From: the human T2T-CHM13v2.0 reference genome, Homo sapiens
Reading direction: 5' to 3' (one strand)
Assembly (NCBI RefSeq): GCF_009914755.1
Contig: NC_060931.1
Length of the DNA: 64,000 bases
This document shows positions 56,990-64,000 of this stretch, in pieces. The position numbers and the translations under genes were made by a program. The notes beneath the pieces are model-generated. The model was given only the letters and a program-made list of their open reading frames with translations, had not been told where the DNA came from and did no database searches. Each line of letters opens with the position of its first letter. The first letter of the stretch is position 1.

Positions 56990-58660
56990 ACTGGCTAGAA
57001 ACTGGATCATTTACATTGCTGGAGCATGGGGGTGGGTACATGCAATGGTACAGCACTCTGGAAAAGAGTTTAGTAGTTTCTTACAAAACCAAATATACTA
57101 CTACCATATGAGTCAGCAATTGCATTCATAGGTATTTATTCCAGAAAAATGAAGTTTTGTATTCACATGAAAACCTGTACCTGAATGTCCACAGCAGTTT
57201 TATTTGAATAAACAAACACTAGAATCAGCCCAGATGCTTTTCAACAGGTGACTGGTTAAACAAGTTGTACATCTGTACCAACTAATACTACTCAGCAATA
57301 AAAAGGAACAAACTATTGATACATACAACAACTTGGATGAAGCTCCAGGGAATCATGCTGAGTGAAAAACCCTAAGAGGCTTTATACTGTATGATCCCAT
57401 TTATATAAAATTTTTGAAATGACAAAATTTTAGATTTGGCATTGCCGTTGGTTACAGATAGGGTGAAGAGGGGATGATGTGGGCAGGAGAAGAGTGTATT
57501 ATAAAAGGGCAACTTGAAGGATGTTTTTGGTGGAACTATACAGCATCTTGATTGTGATAGCAGATGTATGAATTTACACATGTGATAAAATTTTATAGAA
57601 CTAAATGCACACACACACGAGTACAAGTAAAACTGAGAAAATACGAATAAAATAGGTGGATTATATCAATGCCAATATCCTGGTTGTGGTGTTCAGTGCT
57701 ATACTGTACTATACATTAATATGTTAAGCTATACTGTAATTTTACAAAGTTGCCACTACTGGGGGAAATTGGGTCTATTGATCTGTGTCTATCCTTCAAT
57801 AGTACCAATCTGTTTTAATCACGTTAGCTATGTAGTAAACCTTAGTATCAGGTAGAGTGATTCCCCCCACTTTATGCTTGTTTGTCAAGATTATTTTAGC
57901 TATTCCAGGGCCTGCGCCTCACTATATAAATTTTGCAATAAGCCTGTATATGTCTATAATAAACCTTACTGTGATTTTGGTAAGAATAACATTAGGCCTA
58001 TAGATCAATTTGTGAAGGATTGACATCATTATTATGTGGAGTCTTAAAATCCATGAACACTAAGCGTTTACATTTACTTAGGTCTTCCTTGATATTTTGA
58101 ATGCCATTTTGTAATTTTCAGCATACAGATCCTGTACATGTTTTTAAACTATATGCCTGAGTATTTCAGTTTCTTTGGAGTGATTGTCAATAGCATTGCG
58201 CCTTTAATTTCAGTTTCAGCATGTTCATTGTTTCTATATAGAAATGTGACTGATTTTTTGTATTACTGATGAATCTTGTATCCTGCTAATTTGCTCAATG
58301 TACTTTTTATTTCTAGGAGAGTTTTCTTTTTTTTTTTTGGATAGGTCTCTTAGAGTTCACTATGTAAACAATATTGTTGTCTCTAAATAGAGACCTTTTT
58401 ATTTCTTCATATTCAATTTGTATGCCTTTTTTTTCTTTTTCTTACTTTATTGCAGTGGTTAGAACTTGCTGTACTATGTTGAATAAGAGTGGTGTGAGTG
58501 CACACCCATTTTCTGGATTTTATGGGAAAAACATTTAGTCTTTTACTGTTCAGCATTGCTAGCTCTGTGTTTTTTGTTGACTCTAATTATCGTTGGAAGG
58601 TGTTCCTCTCTATTCCTAATTTGACTTATTTTATTTTATCATGAATGGCTGTTGGATTAA
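56990..58660. mobile_element. Two old L1 fragments in SCIN intron 1 (plus ~56990-57770, minus ~57770-58660)
   Basis: L1 3'UTR motifs (tactactcagcaataaaaaggaac) followed by antisense ORF2-end motifs (tactatgttgaataagagtggtg). Confidence 0.8.
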
Positions 58661-59739
58661 CCTAGTTTTAAATCTCTCTTTTTATCTATAAAATCATTAC
58701 ATCCACAAAATACTTATAGAAATTCATAGGATGTACACAAGTCTAACATAATATAAAATAACACGGCACAGCATAGTATAACAGAACATAAAAGACACCG
58801 GTAAAATCAGTGTAGGGAAACAACAAATGGAAATCATAAGCAGATTCGTAGGGGAAAACTAAACTGATTCTTAAGCAGACTTTATACACAAAGTTCATAA
58901 GTTTCTAAATACTTTCTGGAATTCCATCATGCTACAACTGGATTTGATTCTAATTTTCGCATCCAAAGGCTGACATTGGCTTCATCAAGACCGTCAACCT
59001 CATTCAGGCATCCTGTTTTATTCATACAGATATTCCCTGGCCAACCACATTACATAAGCATCAGCAAATGATAGGATAATTTAATTAACTTACTTTCAGT
59101 TCATTCATTAACTTCATGCCTGTCCATTTACATCTACCTAAAGAGATTCAGGTTTCAACCTGTAGTCAGGTAAGGACGTTTATGTCAAATACATCATCTT
59201 TAACACCTTTGATGTTAACCTTGATTCCAAGTTATCTCTTAAAGCATCTCTCTTAAGGCATCATAAAAATCTACATCTACATCTTTATGGTATTCTCAGT
59301 TAGGGTTCGGATCCCAAATCGGCAGAAGAATGACACCAGAGTCCTTTCAGATTGCAAAATTGCCGGTGTGTCAAATACTTAACTTTGACCACAGCGAGTT
59401 CACAAAATTGTTATCACGTCAAGTAATCTTCTAGCTACTGAGTTGTTTTTTTTTTTTGTTGTTGTTGTTTCCCCTCAGAAGATACTTGGTATATGAGTCT
59501 CATTTGAGAGTAAGAGGGAAATTGTAAGGAAATCTGATTCTTTCTTTAATACAACTGACTGATTTGCCTTCTTCAACTTTGGTGAATACTGTCAGTTAGG
59601 GTTGTTCATGTGAACTATTAAATTATTACAGCTTCTAAGCTTTTATGCATCAGTTATCTATGGAAGAAATTAACATACCTTGTCACTATAAAATTGTACC
59701 GCTAATGAGAGCCTGAGTACAAAAAAATACCCACAAGTG

Positions 59740-60255
59740 TACTGGAGTTTTTAAGAACCTGTGCTTCAGAGTCACACAAACCTACATCTGGTCTTTTTCT
59801 CCCAAAAGTTGCTTTATGACCTCAGAAAAGTTACCCAGCCTCTCTAAGCCTCCATTTTCTCTGTTCCAATCTAGTAGAAAATAGGTTCTGCTTTATGAGG
59901 TTGCTTGAAGATTAAATGAGATCATCCATGTAAAACATTGGCATAGTGTCTGGCCCATAGGGGTAGTATAAATGTATAATGTTGGCTATTATTATTTCTA
60001 GAGTCATTTAAGATTTTTATTACAGCTTGGATGTAGTAAAGAGTTTGAAGTCTTTTCCATAAAATGTGAGTGCCCCTCCTGACTGTCCGTACTGTATCCT
60101 TTATGTACACTACAGACACTGGTTCTTAGGAATTGTTTTGACCTTAGTGAAGTTACCTGGATGTGATGTGTATTACAATTGTGAAAATTAAATGTATGTT
60201 GTATGTAAAATACCTGGAACAATACCAAGTACATTAACACTTAATAAATGTTAGC
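59740..60255 (+). mobile_element. MIR fragments
   Basis: aagttacccagcctctctaagcctccattttctc...gttgcttgaagattaaatgagatcatccatgtaaaacattggcatagtgtctggc. Confidence 0.75.
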
Positions 60256-60655
60256 GTGCTGCTTCCTTTGCTCTTCCTTTCCTCCAGAGATCATTATTTC
60301 ATTCAAACAGAACCAGTCAGATAGTGAAGTAGGGAAAAAGACCAAAAAATAGGGGTAAAATTAAATTATATTCATTTTCCCATTGTAAAAACCACTTATT
60401 TAATTATGGCTCTGATGCTCATATTTCTCACAAACATCAGTTAACATATTGACATATCATAAAATCAAAGATTTATCCTAATAAAGGCTAAACCACTTGT
60501 CAAATGTTTTCATAGTCTGATCTTATTGACCTTACCAAATTAATGCTTACTTAAATCTCATTGGAATAGATTGTTTTATCTTCTTGAGCAACTTCACACA
60601 ACAGTGTTTCTTTTTAAAATTTTTAAAGGAATTGGAAAAAGCAGAAACAAAAACA

Positions 60656-60957
60656 GGCCGGGCATGGTGGCTCATACCTGTAATCCCCAACAATTTAGGA
60701 GGCCAAAGCCAGAGGACTGCTTGAGGCCAGGAGTTTGAGACCAGCCTGGGCAACATATGGAGACCTTTTCCCTACAAAACACTTTTTTGAGAATTAGCAA
60801 AGCATGGTGGCACGCACCTGTAGTCCAAGCTGCTTGTGAGACTGAGGTAGGAGGATCGCTTAAGCCCCAGAGTTTGGGGTTACAGTGAGCTATGATTATG
60901 CCATTGCATTCCAGGCTTAGCAACAGAGCAACACCCTCTCTCAAAAAAAAAAAAAAT
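60656..60957 (+). mobile_element. AluJ
   Basis: Diverged full Alu. Confidence 0.95.
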
Positions 60958-61150
60958 AGACTAAAAAAATTGTTAATTATTAGCAAAATAATGTATTACA
61001 TACAGTATTTTAGGTAAAAGATCTTTGTGTAGAAGACTGTTGGATTGATACATAATTGAAATGAAAATTTCTGACTTCTTTCATATCAGAAATTCTGCCT
61101 TAATCCTTTCTCTTGCTTGATAATTGAGGTGCTGTTGTTCACTGTTTTAG

Positions 61151-61305
61151 GAAAGGAGTGTTCCCAGGATGAAAGCACAGCTGCTGCCATCTTCACTGTT
61201 CAGATGGATGACTATTTGGGTGGCAAGCCAGTGCAGAATAGAGAACTTCAAGGATATGAGTCTAATGACTTTGTTAGCTATTTCAAAGGCGGTCTGAAAT
61301 ACAAG
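61151..61305 (+). CDS. SCIN: Scinderin/adseverin coding exon 2 (155 nt)
   Basis: ttttag|GA ... AAG|gtaagc. [51 protein letters not shown]; 199+155=354 nt, in frame. The gene continues beyond the window. Confidence 0.98.
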
Positions 61306-62638
61306 GTAAGCAGCTCCCTCAGTTTCCATTATGAATCCCTTTCTCCTCTTGTCCATCCATACCTCCTGTCTTCATAGAATGACAGTTCGTTGAGGGCAGG
61401 GGTTTTTGTTTTATTTGCTTTTGTTTTAATCTGTTTTGTTCATGGATATATCCCCAGTACCTGCTGGATACAAAGTAGGTGTTCAATAAATGTTTGTGAA
61501 ATGTGTGGTACAATATGTGAAATATTGTGAAAATTTAATTTGATAGGTTAATTTTTTAAAAGAGCTTTCAGTTGTGTCTTCACAAGATACCTTTGTAATA
61601 TTTTGTAGCTATTTCAACATTTAAATTTTGGTAATTTGGGTCTTAAAAGTTTTCATTTTTGCTATTCTAGAAAATCTCTGAAGTTTCTGCAAGTAACCTA
61701 AGCCTTCAAAATCTCAGTTGTTCTGGAATATATTAATACAGTATTTATAATAATTATAATTTTAGTAACTGTAAAGAACTATACATGTATTTCCAAAATA
61801 GTGTGGTTTGATCTTAGAAGGGATGCAGATGAAAATTTTGAGCTTAAAATTCTGCAGGTAAACTACACACACGCACATACACAATTTATGCACACTGGTC
61901 TGAAACACTGATCAATTGGCTTTACTTCTGAAAATAAACAAGAACAAATAGTTAAATGGTTCTATCCCTTTAAGGCAGCCTTCAGTATAGGACAGGTTTT
62001 TTTTTTTTTTTGGCATCCTCCTAGTTAGCTTTCCAGACTGGCCCTCCCTTCACCATTCCTGCCACTCACCCCTCCACACGTGTTCAGTTAAAGTGTGAGG
62101 AATACCCTCCCCAGACAAACATCACAGATTTCCGAAATCAAACACGCTCCAGCAAGTGTTCTGCACACCCCACTGCCCTGCCCTGTGAGCATGCTACCCT
62201 AGTGAAGACCTGAAACCTTAGAGCTTCACTACAATTCTGACTGTAATACTAAGTCCGCCTACTAAGATGGCGAGGTTTATTTATACCTTTACCTGTTCAG
62301 AGTCTTCGTTGAATATTTTGTGATATTATTGAGATCAGAACAAAACACTTATACATTATAGGTTCTCTTATGTCTCTTGAAATGATTATTTTATTCTAGG
62401 CTATGAACTACCCTAAATACAAAACTATTACCTCTCATTTTATTTGATTCACAGGAGCTCCTACAGTTTATGACAAACGATACTGAAACTTCCTTTATGT
62501 CAGTGAACTCAACATTTTAAATAAATTGAGTCTTGTAGTTACTAAAAGCAGGTGCTGTGACACCATCATAGTTATGAACCCATTTCTGCCACATATGACT
62601 TGTTTGCTTTAGGGAAAATACTGAGCTTTCTGTGCTCA

Positions 62639-63036
<398 letters not shown>

Positions 63037-64000
63037 TTAATTATATAATACTTAGTTTATTCAACCAAGAAATGTAGCAGTCGTTGTAAAATTATGGACT
63101 GGGAAATCATTTTATATTTTTTTTTAATTTGAAGTTTTAATTGTCCTGAAATTAACATTTAATCTATACCAACTTTTATTGGAGAACGGTGGAAATTTAA
63201 AATCAATGGAAAAGAATGTGCTAATGACAAATTAGCTCTAATTTTCCGTACCATTATTATTATAGAGGTCTTTGATCTATCAGTGACAGTTTTGTTTATA
63301 CTGTAGCTCAGTTATTCACATATAATTAATTATAATTAATAGTAGAAATAAAGATATGGTTCATATCATTTAATTAGAAAAAATGAAAAGGTAAAAGATC
63401 ATTGCAAATAATATAAGAAGATGTAGTTGATACAGTTAATATCTTTCTTTAATTCGGGTGATTGTATTTCATTTTATTTTATTTTTTTTGTTTGGGGATG
63501 TACAGCCAAGATATTGCATCTCTCCTAGCTTACAGTAAAAACACTCAGGCCTAGCATATTTATTAATAGTAAGACCTGTTTACCAGAAAATAAAGAAGAC
63601 ATTTGATTACTTTAAATGTAAAAACAAGGACCATACATAAGATCAACCCATTCCTGGCCAGCACTCAACAACCATCTCTGTCCCAACCCTGTACCAGTGT
63701 GAACTTTTGGGTGCCTTCTTCTCTGGCTGCTGTCATCTGTATGTGTTACTTCTGACCCTCCTCTAGCCACCTGTCACCTTCTTCCCTGAAATCTTTGCCT
63801 TGCTCATTATTGATTTGGGGATCATTAGTGTCCAAAGGGCAAGAGCTATGGCATCTTCTTTTTGTTTTTGCAGCAGCGTTTTATACACTGAAGGTTCTCA
63901 GTAAATACTTGCAGTTGTCAATTGAATGGTTAAAACAGAAAGAATAAAGAGACCAAACAAACACAATCTGTTGATTACCAAGGGGTTCTCTCTTGTTTTA

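Noticed and set aside
56990-58660. Possible twin-primed (inverted) single L1 insertion
   Set aside because: The pieces are tail-to-tail with no poly(A) or TSD. Twin priming gives the opposite arrangement, so these are probably two separate old elements.

Overview
Primate, almost certainly human, genomic DNA. It is repeat-rich, with Alu, L1, MIR/L2, MaLR/ERV1 LTRs and a 24-copy 79-bp VNTR. Two + strand genes are supported. (1) The CpG-island promoter and first two coding exons of SCIN (scinderin/adseverin, gelsolin family) lie at 53874-54072 and 61151-61305. (2) A spliced gene only partly visible in the ORF track has four frame-compatible coding exons at 5990-6445, 8839-8923, 11921-12063 and 14032-14111, plus candidate terminal exons near 24.6-24.9 kb. 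It encodes a basic K/P/R-rich protein of unknown function, recalled as C7orf78. The intergenic interval carries an LTR12C-type solo LTR with altered core-promoter motifs, an LTR10-type LTR with a p53-like element, and MER50/MER39 LTRs. The most unusual unexplained structure is a set of local templated duplications and inversions. These include a 179-bp and a 69-bp dispersed copy, each next to an LTR end, a 40-bp perfect palindrome, and a hairpin insertion in the LTR12. Gene and repeat names come from recall, not database searches.
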